Shown here: positions 1 to 8,157 of the stretch, in pieces
Layout: each line of letters opens with the position of its first letter
Position numbering within the stretch: the first letter of the stretch is position 1
Virus record (IMG/VR): IMGVR_UViG_3300028883_000312
Span: 1 to 54,816 of that record
Source of the DNA: a virus
Taxonomy: Duplodnaviria > Caudoviricetes
Direction: 5' to 3' (one strand)
DNA length: 54,816 nt
Position numbers and translations under genes: made by a program
The notes under the pieces: model-generated
Told to the model about the DNA's origin: nothing
The model's database searches: none
What the model saw: the letters and a program-made list of their open reading frames with translations, nothing else

Positions 1-134
1 TACATTGCATCGAGTGTCTTGGACGTTGTGATGAGGGAGGTGACATGAATTCAATCTGCATCATCCCCGCGCGCGGTGGTAGTCAGCGCATCCCGGGCAA
101 GAATATCCGGGAGTTCCACGGCAAGCCCATCATT
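1..134. repeat. Terminal direct repeat copy 1 (circular-assembly overlap)
   Basis: 1-134 equals 54683-54816 except C127 vs A54809; the repeat falls inside a contiguous operon, implying a circular unit of about 54,682 bp. Confidence 0.95.
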
Positions 135-659
135 GCCTATAGCATTGAAGTGGCCAACCGTAGCGGGTTGTTCGATTTCGGTAATGTATGGGTATCCACG
201 GATAGCAGAGAGATAGCCAGCATTGCTAAAGAATATGGGGCTCATTACATGATGCGCGATGCTGAATTAGCCCTGGACTTTGTTGGGACGCAGGAGGTAA
301 TGGTAGATGCGCTGCAAACGATTCGTAAAACGATGAAGTACCAGCTTGAGTCGTTCCCGGAATATGCCTGCTGCATTTACGCGACGGCACCTATGTTGAC
401 GACGCAAGACCTGCATCGCGGACTCAAGCTGTTGAAATCCAGCCGCTCCCTGGACTATGCGTTCTCTGTCGGGACCGAGCCATTGCACGATGCCGGCATG
501 TTTTATTGGGGCAAAACCGAGGCCTTTCTGACTGGTGCGCCGCTGGTATCAGAGCGCTCCATCATGGTCCCCATCAGTTCGGATCGGGTGTGTGATATCA
601 ATACTGAAGAGGATTTTTTAAGGGCAGAAAGAATGTATTTGGCATTACGGGGAAAATGA
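45..659 (+). CDS. pseF: CMP-nonulosonic (pseudaminic) acid synthetase / cytidylyltransferase
   Basis: IIPARGGSQRIPGKNI, WVSTD, CCIYATAP, HDAGMFYWG and DINTEED motifs of the NeuA/PseF family; GGAGG RBS. Confidence 0.9.
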   Translation: MNSICIIPARGGSQRIPGKNIREFHGKPIIAYSIEVANRSGLFDFGNVWVSTDSREIASIAKEYGAHYMMRDAELALDFVGTQEVMVDALQTIRKTMKYQLESFPEYACCIYATAPMLTTQDLHRGLKLLKSSRSLDYAFSVGTEPLHDAGMFYWGKTEAFLTGAPLVSERSIMVPISSDRVCDINTEEDFLRAERMYLALRGK

Positions 660-883
660 TGGATGTAAGATATATTAGTGATTATCCAGAGATGGAATTA
701 AAAATATGGGAAATCACAGGATTTCGCTGTGGCCATAGGATTGCTGTAGCGTTTCCAAAAAGAGAGACAAGAGAATATATTGAGAAAATAATGGTAGCCT
801 GCCCATACTGCGATGATAATTTTGATTTTAATTTGGGTACTACAACTGCCAATGGTTGGGTGCTAGTAGAGAGGAAACATTAA
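656..883 (+). CDS. Hypothetical protein, possible Zn-ribbon (CGH...CPYC), AT-rich insert in the pse operon
   Basis: ATGA/TAATG overlaps with both neighbours; visibly AT-rich. Confidence 0.55.
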   Translation: MMDVRYISDYPEMELKIWEITGFRCGHRIAVAFPKRETREYIEKIMVACPYCDDNFDFNLGTTTANGWVLVERKH

Positions 884-1482
884 TGACAACAGAACAGGAG
901 CAATTTTGGAAAGGCGAATTTGGAAATTCCTACGCAAAAAGGAATTATGGCATGACACCAAACAATATCGCCTTTTTCGCCAGGGCACTGCAGCGTGCAG
1001 GGGCCATAAACAGCGTCATTGAGTTCGGTGCTGGCACTGGGCAAAACCTTGAAGCATTGTCTCGCCTGTATTCTTATCCTCAAGAGATGATCGGGGTAGA
1101 GATCAACGAACAGGCCGCCATGCAGAATAAGATAGGCAAGATACTGCGCATGTCTGCCCTGGACTACAGTCCTGCTGAGTATGGCAAAGCAGACTTGGTG
1201 CTGACCAAAGGGTTCCTGATACACCTCCCGCCTGATGATTTACCAGATATGTATGAGGTACTGTACGGGAGCACGCGCCGCTATATCCTGGTGTGCGAGT
1301 ACTACAATCCGACGCCTGTGGAGGTGGACTACCGCGGCCACAAAAATAAACTGTGGAAACGGGACTTTGCCGGCGATCTCATGTACCGGTTCCCAGACCT
1401 GTGCCTGGTGGATTACGGGTTCGTGTATCACCGGGGCGCCTTCCCGCAGGATGATTTGACGTGGTTTCTATTGGAGAAATGA
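883..1482 (+). CDS. Pseudaminic acid biosynthesis-associated SAM-dependent methyltransferase
   Basis: TEQEQFWKGEFGNSY, EFGAGTG (SAM motif I), KGFLIH, EYYNPTPVEVDYRGH, KRDFAG and FPQDDLTWFLLEK are typical of the Pse-associated methylase family; start placed at ATG 883 after GAGGA. Confidence 0.85.
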   Translation: MTTEQEQFWKGEFGNSYAKRNYGMTPNNIAFFARALQRAGAINSVIEFGAGTGQNLEALSRLYSYPQEMIGVEINEQAAMQNKIGKILRMSALDYSPAEYGKADLVLTKGFLIHLPPDDLPDMYEVLYGSTRRYILVCEYYNPTPVEVDYRGHKNKLWKRDFAGDLMYRFPDLCLVDYGFVYHRGAFPQDDLTWFLLEK

Positions 1483-2591
1483 CTATGAACCGCTGCAGCA
1501 AGTGCCTGATCCCCGATACCCGCCCTGATACTGCGTTTGTCGATGGTGTGTGCTTAGCGTGTCTCGCCTATCAAAAGCGGCCTGCCATTGAATGGGAGAT
1601 ACGGCGAAAGGAACTGAATTTGCTGCTGGAGAATCACACCAATAACGGCACGGGATTCGATTGTATTGTACCAAGCTCCGGGGGCAAGGATTCAACCTAT
1701 CAAGTCCTGACACTGATTGAGCTGGGGGCCAAGCCCTTAGTCGTGACAGCATCCACTTGCCATCTGACTCCCCTGGGCAGGGCCAACATCGACAATCTCA
1801 AGCGCTATGCCACGACAATAGAGGTCACGCCGAACACCGAGGTCCGTGCCAAGTTGAATCGGCTGGCGCTGACGATGGTAGGCGACGTGAGCTGGCCAGA
1901 ACACGCATCCATCTTTACAACCCCGTTTCGAGTAGCGATACAAACAGGTATCCCCCTGATCTTCTATGGCGAGAATCCGCAAAACCAGTACGGCGGACCG
2001 ATGGCGAGCGTCGATGCCAGGGAGATGACGCAGCGATGGGTCACGGAGTTCGGCGGGTTCCTGGGGCTACGTGCCGATGACTTCGTGGGCATGGAGGGTA
2101 TTACCCAGGATGACATGAACGACTACCGACTGCCGCCAGCAACTGATGTTATCCGTAACAAAATAGAGGCTCACTTCCTCGGACAGTACCTGCCCTGGGA
2201 CTCCGAGCGCAATGCCAGGGTCGCACAGGACCATGGGCTCCGCTGCCAGAAACCGAGCATGGCCAATTACTGGGCGTGTGAAAACCTAGACAATGCCCAG
2301 ACTGGACTGCATGACCATGTGATGTACCGCAAGTACGGCTATGGACGCATGGCGGCACAAGTCTCCGTGGACATCCGCAAGGGTTTGATCGACCGGGAGA
2401 CCGCACTGGGACTGGTGAATGGTTGCGATGGTCTATTCCCCACCACGTATGCCGGCGTGGACCTATCGGAAGTGTTGGACCGGATAGGCATGACCAAGGC
2501 CGAGCTGATCGATGTGTTGGATCAGTTTACCAACTGGAGTCTATTTGATGGTGAGAAAGATCACAGACCGCTGTTAAAGGAGGACGCATGA
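1479..2591 (+). CDS. N-acetyl sugar amidotransferase (WbuX/PseA family, acetamidino formation)
   Basis: CxxC...PDTRP...GVCxAC N-terminus, PP-loop SGGKDS, YGEN, KYGYGR. Confidence 0.88.
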   Translation: MTMNRCSKCLIPDTRPDTAFVDGVCLACLAYQKRPAIEWEIRRKELNLLLENHTNNGTGFDCIVPSSGGKDSTYQVLTLIELGAKPLVVTASTCHLTPLGRANIDNLKRYATTIEVTPNTEVRAKLNRLALTMVGDVSWPEHASIFTTPFRVAIQTGIPLIFYGENPQNQYGGPMASVDAREMTQRWVTEFGGFLGLRADDFVGMEGITQDDMNDYRLPPATDVIRNKIEAHFLGQYLPWDSERNARVAQDHGLRCQKPSMANYWACENLDNAQTGLHDHVMYRKYGYGRMAAQVSVDIRKGLIDRETALGLVNGCDGLFPTTYAGVDLSEVLDRIGMTKAELIDVLDQFTNWSLFDGEKDHRPLLKEDA

Positions 2592-3343
2592 GCCTAGCTT
2601 ACCGCATCATCCCAACATTACTCTGTCGAGGCTCATCCCTTTACAAAGGCGAGCGCTTTGATTCCTGGCGCGAAGTCGGCCATGCCATGCAGTCTGTCCG
2701 AGTCCACCAAGCCAGGGGTGTCGATGAGCTGATACTGCTGGACATCGGCGCCACACCGGAAAGGCGGGAGCCTGACTATGAGATGGTCAAGCGCCTGTCT
2801 GAGGAGTGTTTCATGCCCCTGACTGTGGGTGGTGGAGTGAGCAAGGTGGAGCATGTGGACAAATTGCTGAGAGCGGGTGCGGATAAGGTGGCGATATGCA
2901 CGGCTGCAGCGAGAAATTTAGTGCTTATTAACGAGATTTCAAGCAAGTTTGGGGGACAGTGCCTTGTAGTTGCCATAGACGTGAAAGGTAGGAAGGTGGC
3001 AACGCATTGTGGCGGCACACTGCTGGATACTTGTCCACTTGCTGGGATTGTAAGACTGGCACAAGAGGCGGCGTATCATGGCGCCGGTGAAATCCTACTG
3101 ACCAGCATAGACCGCGACGGCACTCTCCAAGGCTATGACCTGGATCTGATTCGGGAAGTCTCCCAGGCAGTCAATATCCCTGTGATCGCATCGGGCGGTT
3201 GTGGGACGTACCAGCATATGTATGAAGCCATCCAGGCGGGTGCCTCGGCAGTCGCCGCGGGGGCCATGTTCCAGTTTACTGACGCTACGCCAAAAGGCGC
3301 AGCCAACTATCTCGCAGGCCAGGGGATGGAGGCGCGGGTGTGA
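2588..3343 (+). CDS. HisF-like cyclase (HisF2/WbuZ type, partner of the amidotransferase)
   Basis: RIIPTLL, GVDELILLDI, ECFMPLTVGGG, GADKV, GAGEILLTSIDRDGT, IPVIASGG; adjacent to the WbuX-like gene. Confidence 0.88.
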   Translation: MSLAYRIIPTLLCRGSSLYKGERFDSWREVGHAMQSVRVHQARGVDELILLDIGATPERREPDYEMVKRLSEECFMPLTVGGGVSKVEHVDKLLRAGADKVAICTAAARNLVLINEISSKFGGQCLVVAIDVKGRKVATHCGGTLLDTCPLAGIVRLAQEAAYHGAGEILLTSIDRDGTLQGYDLDLIREVSQAVNIPVIASGGCGTYQHMYEAIQAGASAVAAGAMFQFTDATPKGAANYLAGQGMEARV

Positions 3344-3789
3344 GTGAGGTGGAACTGGTCAATGTCTATGATGTACAGGATTCTCCAGTTTTGTTGTATC
3401 GCTTGCTCCAAGAGCGATCGACCGAGGATGATCCCTATATCAATATCAGTCATCGTAAGTTGCCGACGTGGCGCGAGCACCTTAAATTTTTTGACTCGAA
3501 GCCCTATAGGCGTTGGTACTTGATACAGACTCTTGGGGAAAGATATGCAGGGACGTGTTACCTGACCAGACAGAATGAAATCGGCATTGTCCTGTTCCGC
3601 GAGCACCGAGGGAACGGCTACGGACTGCATGCGGTGAATAAACTGATTACTGAGCACAAGCCATTGAAGGCGATACCTGGTAAACGTTCTGGGCAGTTCA
3701 TCGCCAACATTAATCCGAACAATCAGCGCTCCATTCGGATATTCCAGCGGCTGGGGTTTACGCATATTCAGAACACGTATGAACTATAG
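3340..3789 (+). CDS. pseH: GNAT N-acetyltransferase (PseH-like)
   Basis: HRGNGYG acetyl-CoA motif and NPNNQRSIRIFQRLGF C-terminal GNAT motif; PTWREHLKF resembles PseH; lies before pseI. Confidence 0.7.
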   Translation: MSEVELVNVYDVQDSPVLLYRLLQERSTEDDPYINISHRKLPTWREHLKFFDSKPYRRWYLIQTLGERYAGTCYLTRQNEIGIVLFREHRGNGYGLHAVNKLITEHKPLKAIPGKRSGQFIANINPNNQRSIRIFQRLGFTHIQNTYEL

Positions 3790-3804
3790 TTAGGGAGTGA
3801 AACC

Positions 3805-4788
3805 ATGAGACCCCATATCATAGCCGAGCTATCCGCCAACCACTTGGGTTCCTTTAAAAGAGCGAGGAAGCTCATTGAGGTAGCGGCAGCGTGTGGTGCA
3901 GATGCGATAAAATTGCAAACGTATGACCACAGCGAAATGGTGGCCGGCGATTATGTGATTGAATCCGGTCCCTGGGCGGGGCAGTCACTGCTCAACCTGT
4001 ACGCAGAAGCACAGACCCCCTGGGAATGGCACAAAGAACTGTTTGATTATGCCAAAAGCCTGGGGATCTATGCCTTTTCCTCCCCTTTTTCCAAGAAAGC
4101 CGTGGACTTCCTTGAGACCCTGGACTGTCCAGCCTACAAGATTGCCTCGTTTGAGCTGGTGGATATACCGCTGATTGAATATTGTGCGTCTACAGGCAAG
4201 CCTTTGATATTGTCCACGGGGATGGCTTATCTTAGTGAGGTTATTTATGCGGTAGTTGCTGCAGGGGTAGCAGGATGTACTGATATTACCCTGCTTAAAT
4301 GCACCTCTGGTTATCCCTCAACTAATGCTGATGCCAATTTATTGGGTTTGGATACGCTCAAGGGATACGGTAAGATAGGGGTCTCAGATCACACGATTGG
4401 GAGTACTGTGCCAGTGGTTGCAACGGCCCTGGGCGCCACGATGATCGAGAAGCACTTGACCCTCTCCCGTGCAGACGGTGGACCCGATGCCTTTTTCAGC
4501 TCCGAACCCGATGAATTTAAACAGATGGTCGCGGACGTATACCAAGCCAGCCAAGCCCTGGGCCAGCCCGATATTGCTCTAAGGGTCAGCGAGCACCCAC
4601 AAAAGGCATTGCGCCGATCCCTGTATTTCAATAAATCCATGAGCAAGGGGTATCAGCCACGCGAGACTGATTTTAAAACGGCACGTCCAGCCAAAGGCCT
4701 GCCTCCGAAATACTTACACGATATCCTCCACAAAACACTGAGAAAGAGCGTGAGAGCCAATGAACCAGTGACATGGGAGTGCTTTTGA
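3805..4788 (+). CDS. pseI: Pseudaminic acid synthase (NeuB family, with C-terminal AFP/SAF-like domain)
   Basis: IIAELSANHLG, GADAIKLQTY, TPWEWH, YKIASFE, LSTGM, LLKCTSGYP, SDHT, IEKH, GGPDAFFS, RRSLY. Confidence 0.92.
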   Translation: MRPHIIAELSANHLGSFKRARKLIEVAAACGADAIKLQTYDHSEMVAGDYVIESGPWAGQSLLNLYAEAQTPWEWHKELFDYAKSLGIYAFSSPFSKKAVDFLETLDCPAYKIASFELVDIPLIEYCASTGKPLILSTGMAYLSEVIYAVVAAGVAGCTDITLLKCTSGYPSTNADANLLGLDTLKGYGKIGVSDHTIGSTVPVVATALGATMIEKHLTLSRADGGPDAFFSSEPDEFKQMVADVYQASQALGQPDIALRVSEHPQKALRRSLYFNKSMSKGYQPRETDFKTARPAKGLPPKYLHDILHKTLRKSVRANEPVTWECF

Positions 4789-4819
4789 TTAGCCTGTTTA
4801 CTCTGTCCAAAGAAAGTGT

Positions 4820-4847
4820 TTGACATTGTAACCGGGTTACGTATAAT
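4820..4847 (+). promoter_or_regulatory. Sigma70-type promoter with an operator palindrome in the spacer
   Basis: TTGACA(4820-25)-16 bp-TATAAT(4842-47); GTAACC-G-GGTTAC at 4828-4840. Confidence 0.75.
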
Positions 4848-4888
4848 GTCTGTACTGACTTCATTTACTACTTATAGAGGGCAATCAG

Positions 4889-5044
4889 ATGATCGTTAAA
4901 CACATACGGACAGGACAGAGGTTTTTAGTCGAAAGCACCGCCCCAGCCCTTTACTGGGTGTATCCAGATTGCGATAAATCAAAGCCACTTACCTGGATAG
5001 GCAAGGAAGTAGTCGAAGTTGTTACTAACTGGTCTGACTTATAA
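4889..5044 (+). CDS. Small hypothetical protein (51 aa, MIVKHIRTGQRF...)
   Basis: Hand-translated; GAGGG RBS; first ORF after the 4820 promoter. Confidence 0.5.
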   Translation: MIVKHIRTGQRFLVESTAPALYWVYPDCDKSKPLTWIGKEVVEVVTNWSDL

Positions 5045-5075
5045 CAACCTTTCCACCATATAGAGGGATCCAGAT

Positions 5076-5294
5076 ATGACAAACGCACACGATCTTTTCC
5101 ACTCAAACGACTGTATACATGAGCAGCTATCCCAGAAGGAATGGGATGAAGCAAGCAAGCGCTTATCTGAGGGTGCATGGGAAGACACTATTTACACCCT
5201 TTGTCGTCGCTGGGCGCAAGCCAATGCGCAAGAGGCAGAGGCGGACACGGAGAGCGCCTTGCGCCACCAGGACCACGACTATTGTCAGGAATAG
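5076..5294 (+). CDS. Hypothetical protein
   Basis: ORF with a TATAGAGGG leader like the preceding gene. Confidence 0.5.
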   Translation: MTNAHDLFHSNDCIHEQLSQKEWDEASKRLSEGAWEDTIYTLCRRWAQANAQEAEADTESALRHQDHDYCQE

Positions 5295-5317
5295 TCACAA
5301 TAACAACCCCTCACCCT

Positions 5318-5479
5318 ATGACTAAAGACAAAACAGCCCCACAAAGAGTCGCCCGCTACAAGGATCGTATGCGGGCTAAAGGCTTTGTTACTGTAGAGGT
5401 CTGGGTCAAGGCAGAGGACCGGGACAATCTGTTAAAATATGTCCAGAAGCTTAGACAAGCGAAGGAGGACATAGGATGA
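5318..5479 (+). CDS. Small basic DNA-binding protein, ribbon-helix-helix/antitoxin-like
   Basis: QRVARYKDRMRAKGFVTVEVWV pattern; start placed at ATG 5318. Confidence 0.55.
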   Translation: MTKDKTAPQRVARYKDRMRAKGFVTVEVWVKAEDRDNLLKYVQKLRQAKEDIG

Positions 5480-5790
5480 GTAGCACTATGACAACCACTC
5501 ACCGAAGTACAGACTCAGTACAAATAACCTATATTACAGCCCCATTACTCAAAATAGACTGGCCTCAACTCGCCAGGGACATGCAAGAGGAGGGCATGAG
5601 CTACGCACAACAGGCGCTCACCCTCAACATCACTGCATCATCCTACCAGCGTTACCTCCCCGCCCCTTCCAATCCTAAACCTGTCACTCCCCGATACGAC
5701 ATTGGCCATGCCATTATCTGTCTACACGCCAAGATATGCGGCATTAAGCTAACGCAACTGCGTTTGGAGCAAGCCATAGAAGTCGAATAG
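5476..5790 (+). CDS. HTH protein, candidate late-gene regulator
   Basis: IDWPQLARDMQEEGMSYAQQALTLNITASSYQRY HTH-like segment; immediately upstream of terS. Confidence 0.55.
   Translation: MSSTMTTTHRSTDSVQITYITAPLLKIDWPQLARDMQEEGMSYAQQALTLNITASSYQRYLPAPSNPKPVTPRYDIGHAIICLHAKICGIKLTQLRLEQAIEVE
5749..5766 (+). promoter_or_regulatory. Late-promoter box 1 (AACGC-N4-GCGTT)
   Basis: CTAACGCAACTGCGTTTG upstream of terS; near-identical copies at 13374, 30259 and 33024. Confidence 0.65.
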
Positions 5791-5799
5791 TTTAGGGGG

Positions 5800-6315
5800 A
5801 TGACAGAGAAAACCAAGCGAAAAGTAGGACGGCCCTCGAAGTTTGACCCTGTGTTCTGCGAGCAGGTAGTGAAGCTATGCAGGCTGGGGGCAAAGGACGA
5901 AGAGATCGCCGATTTCTTTCACGTCACAGTAGCAACATTAAATACATGGAAATTAAAAGACCCTGTATTTCTAGAGGCCTTAAAAGAGGGCAAGAAAGAA
6001 GCAGATGCTAATGTAGCGAATAGCTTATATCACCGAGCGATTGGCTTTGAGCATGAAGATACCCACATCTCGAATTACCAGGGTGAAATCACAAAAACTC
6101 CCGTTACAAAACGATACCCACCTGATACCACTGCCTGCATATTCTGGTTAAAGAACCGGGATAAAGAGAATTGGAGAGATGTGCGAAGCAACGAACATAC
6201 GGGCAAAGATGGTGGACCGATAGAGACAAAAGAGGTGGATGAATTTGACGCGGCACGTCGCATGCTGTTCCTCTTCGAGAGGGGGACCAGAGCAAAAGAC
6301 GAGGAAATGCACTGA
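5800..6315 (+). CDS. terS: Terminase small subunit
   Basis: GRPSKF, EIADFFHVTVATLNTWK HTH, PPDTTACIFWLKNR, EHTGKDGGPI. Confidence 0.85.
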   Translation: MTEKTKRKVGRPSKFDPVFCEQVVKLCRLGAKDEEIADFFHVTVATLNTWKLKDPVFLEALKEGKKEADANVANSLYHRAIGFEHEDTHISNYQGEITKTPVTKRYPPDTTACIFWLKNRDKENWRDVRSNEHTGKDGGPIETKEVDEFDAARRMLFLFERGTRAKDEEMH

Positions 6316-6395
6316 TGCCCATGAAATCCAAAGGGGCCAAGCGTCGTATGGGCCGCAGAAAGCGGAAACCAGCCCGTACCGTAATGAGTTACTAA
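6315..6395 (+). CDS. Basic micropeptide (26 aa, MPMKSKGAKRRMGRRKRKPARTVMSY)
   Basis: Hand-translated; TGATG overlap with the terS stop; 11 of 26 residues are K/R. Confidence 0.5.
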   Translation: MPMKSKGAKRRMGRRKRKPARTVMSY

Positions 6396-6455
6396 CAGCG
6401 GGTCCGTCTGTTACGGCCATCTCCATAAGCAAACAGCACATAGCAGGAGGTTATC

Positions 6456-6914
6456 ATGGCATACCGGAACAATATCACGACATCCAAGCACGGTCGCAGA
6501 CTGGGCCTGGAACTGATGTCAACAGCGAAGTCAGGCGGTTCCCGCGGTCCGCAAGAGTACTTGGTGGGCCCGGAAGCTTTACGCGGCGCAGTTACCACGT
6601 CAGAGAGTACGGCAACCAATCTGCACCCGTTCGGTGTCAGCAAGCTGCTGTCCAGCTCAGCCGCATCGAGCCAGGTTTACACCATCGATCCACCGATCCC
6701 CGGTGTGATGAAGGTTATTGTGAATTCCACGGACTCGGTGTCCTATGTGAAAACTGCGAATAGCGAAACCATTGTCAGTACCAAGGGCTCGACTCACACG
6801 GTCATGGCCTTACCAGTCGGTGGTGGCGCCGTGTTTATGATGGGCTACACCACAGCGCAATGGGCAATCTTCCAGTCCACGGCAGCGGGTATTGCACTGA
6901 CGACATCCACTTAA
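6456..6914 (+). CDS. Ser/Thr-rich putative virion (head decoration-like) protein
   Basis: Strong AGGAGG RBS; about 26% S+T by my count; small-residue composition; located in the head module. Confidence 0.7.
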   Translation: MAYRNNITTSKHGRRLGLELMSTAKSGGSRGPQEYLVGPEALRGAVTTSESTATNLHPFGVSKLLSSSAASSQVYTIDPPIPGVMKVIVNSTDSVSYVKTANSETIVSTKGSTHTVMALPVGGGAVFMMGYTTAQWAIFQSTAAGIALTTST

Positions 6915-6924
6915 AGGGGGCAGT

Positions 6925-8157
6925 ATGACGCTAAAGATCGCGCTAGTAGGTTCTGCCCCGTCATCCGCTGGTCTGGCGCCGTATCACAGCTCAGAGTGGC
7001 AAATCTGGGGGTGTTCCCCTGGGCTGTACGGTGTCGCGCCGCGCACGGATGCGTGGTTTGAGATACATCGCTATGAGCCGGGACAACCCTGGTTCAGTCC
7101 AGAGTATCAACAGTTCCTCGCTAATTACCCTGGTCCGGTGTACATGGCACGTCAAGAGCCGAGTATCCCTCACTGTATAGTGCCGGATAAAGAGGCATTA
7201 GTAGCGAAATATGGCCCGTATTTCTTCACCTCGAGCCTGGCCTGGATGTTCGCCATGGCCATGGAGGCCGGTGCCACATCGATAGGCCTATGGGGTGTGG
7301 ACATGGCAGCGGATGAGGAGTATGGACTGCAACGCCCTGCCCTGCATTACTTCGCACAGATAGCACAAGCACGGGGTATTGAGGTCGGTGTGCCGCCTGA
7401 GTCTGACCTGCTTGTTCCTCCCGCCTTATACGGTTTCTGTGAGTACGATCACCACCATATCAAGCTACTGGCCAGACAGCGTGAGCTGGAGGACCGATTG
7501 CGAGCGGTGCAAGCCGAACGCCATAACAAAGAGACCGAGGAGCACTTTGTCCTGGGCGCATTGAGTGACCTGCGCTACCAGCAAAACACCTGGCTCAATG
7601 GTGCGGACAAGACCCATACGGCGCCGGCAGGGGCGCAGGAGTTGGAGCGTCAGCCTTCTGATAAGTCCAAGACAGTCACTAGGCTGGGGGATTATAATCA
7701 CTTGCCTGAGATGGTTCCCCCCGGTGGCGCCATCTGGGTAGACGATGAGGGCCATCCAATGACAGCAGCAGGGGAAGCTGCATTTATAGAGCGCCTTAAA
7801 ACAGCTAGGGATAAGCTTGATGCTGCGCCATATCCTGATCCTGAATTTGAGGCGGATGGTGTGGACAAGCACCCATACCCAGCCATGACTACCCCTCCGT
7901 CAACTGTCACCCTGGACGAGATGAATAAGGCATTGTTCAATGTGGACGATGCTGGCAGGAACATGACAGCTACAGAGGTGAAAGAAAAGACAGAGGAATA
8001 CTTTAGGCGATCACGAAACGATGGACTAAATCTAGAAACAGGTGGCCTTACTAAAGAGGAACTACAGGCAAATCATGACGCGCTAACTGACACTTCTGTC
8101 CTAGGCCCAACTGTTAGGGTCAAAGGCAACGGCAAGGATCATGTCAGCGAGCCTTGA
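6925..8157 (+). CDS. Putative CMP-nonulosonic acid transferase (sialyltransferase/GT42/Maf-like N-terminal domain, coiled coil, disordered tail)
   Basis: KIALVGSAPS resembles the GT42/Maf (I/V)xGxGPS motif; FTSSLAWMFAMAMEAGATSIGLWGVDM resembles TSGxxxxxxAxxxGxxxIxLxGxD; judged by eye only. Confidence 0.6.
   Translation: MTLKIALVGSAPSSAGLAPYHSSEWQIWGCSPGLYGVAPRTDAWFEIHRYEPGQPWFSPEYQQFLANYPGPVYMARQEPSIPHCIVPDKEALVAKYGPYFFTSSLAWMFAMAMEAGATSIGLWGVDMAADEEYGLQRPALHYFAQIAQARGIEVGVPPESDLLVPPALYGFCEYDHHHIKLLARQRELEDRLRAVQAERHNKETEEHFVLGALSDLRYQQNTWLNGADKTHTAPAGAQELERQPSDKSKTVTRLGDYNHLPEMVPPGGAIWVDDEGHPMTAAGEAAFIERLKTARDKLDAAPYPDPEFEADGVDKHPYPAMTTPPSTVTLDEMNKALFNVDDAGRNMTATEVKEKTEEYFRRSRNDGLNLETGGLTKEELQANHDALTDTSVLGPTVRVKGNGKDHVSEP

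Noticed and set aside
1-134. Physical T7-like terminal repeat
   Set aside because: Falls mid-operon across two coding genes; more consistent with an assembler overlap of a circularly permuted genome
883-1482. DNA methyltransferase or DNA hypermodification system
   Set aside because: No DPPY/NPPY or PC motif; no hydroxymethylase or phage DNA polymerase seen; the sequence fits the Pse-associated methylase
2588-3343. Histidine-biosynthesis auxiliary metabolic gene
   Set aside because: Context beside the WbuX/PseA amidotransferase and absence of other his genes indicate the glycan-tailoring HisF2 type
45-4788. Host chromosomal O-antigen or flagellar locus misassembled onto the phage
   Set aside because: Genes overlap seamlessly with phage ORFs, are interleaved with phage-type hypotheticals and span the circular junction; read-level confirmation is still advisable
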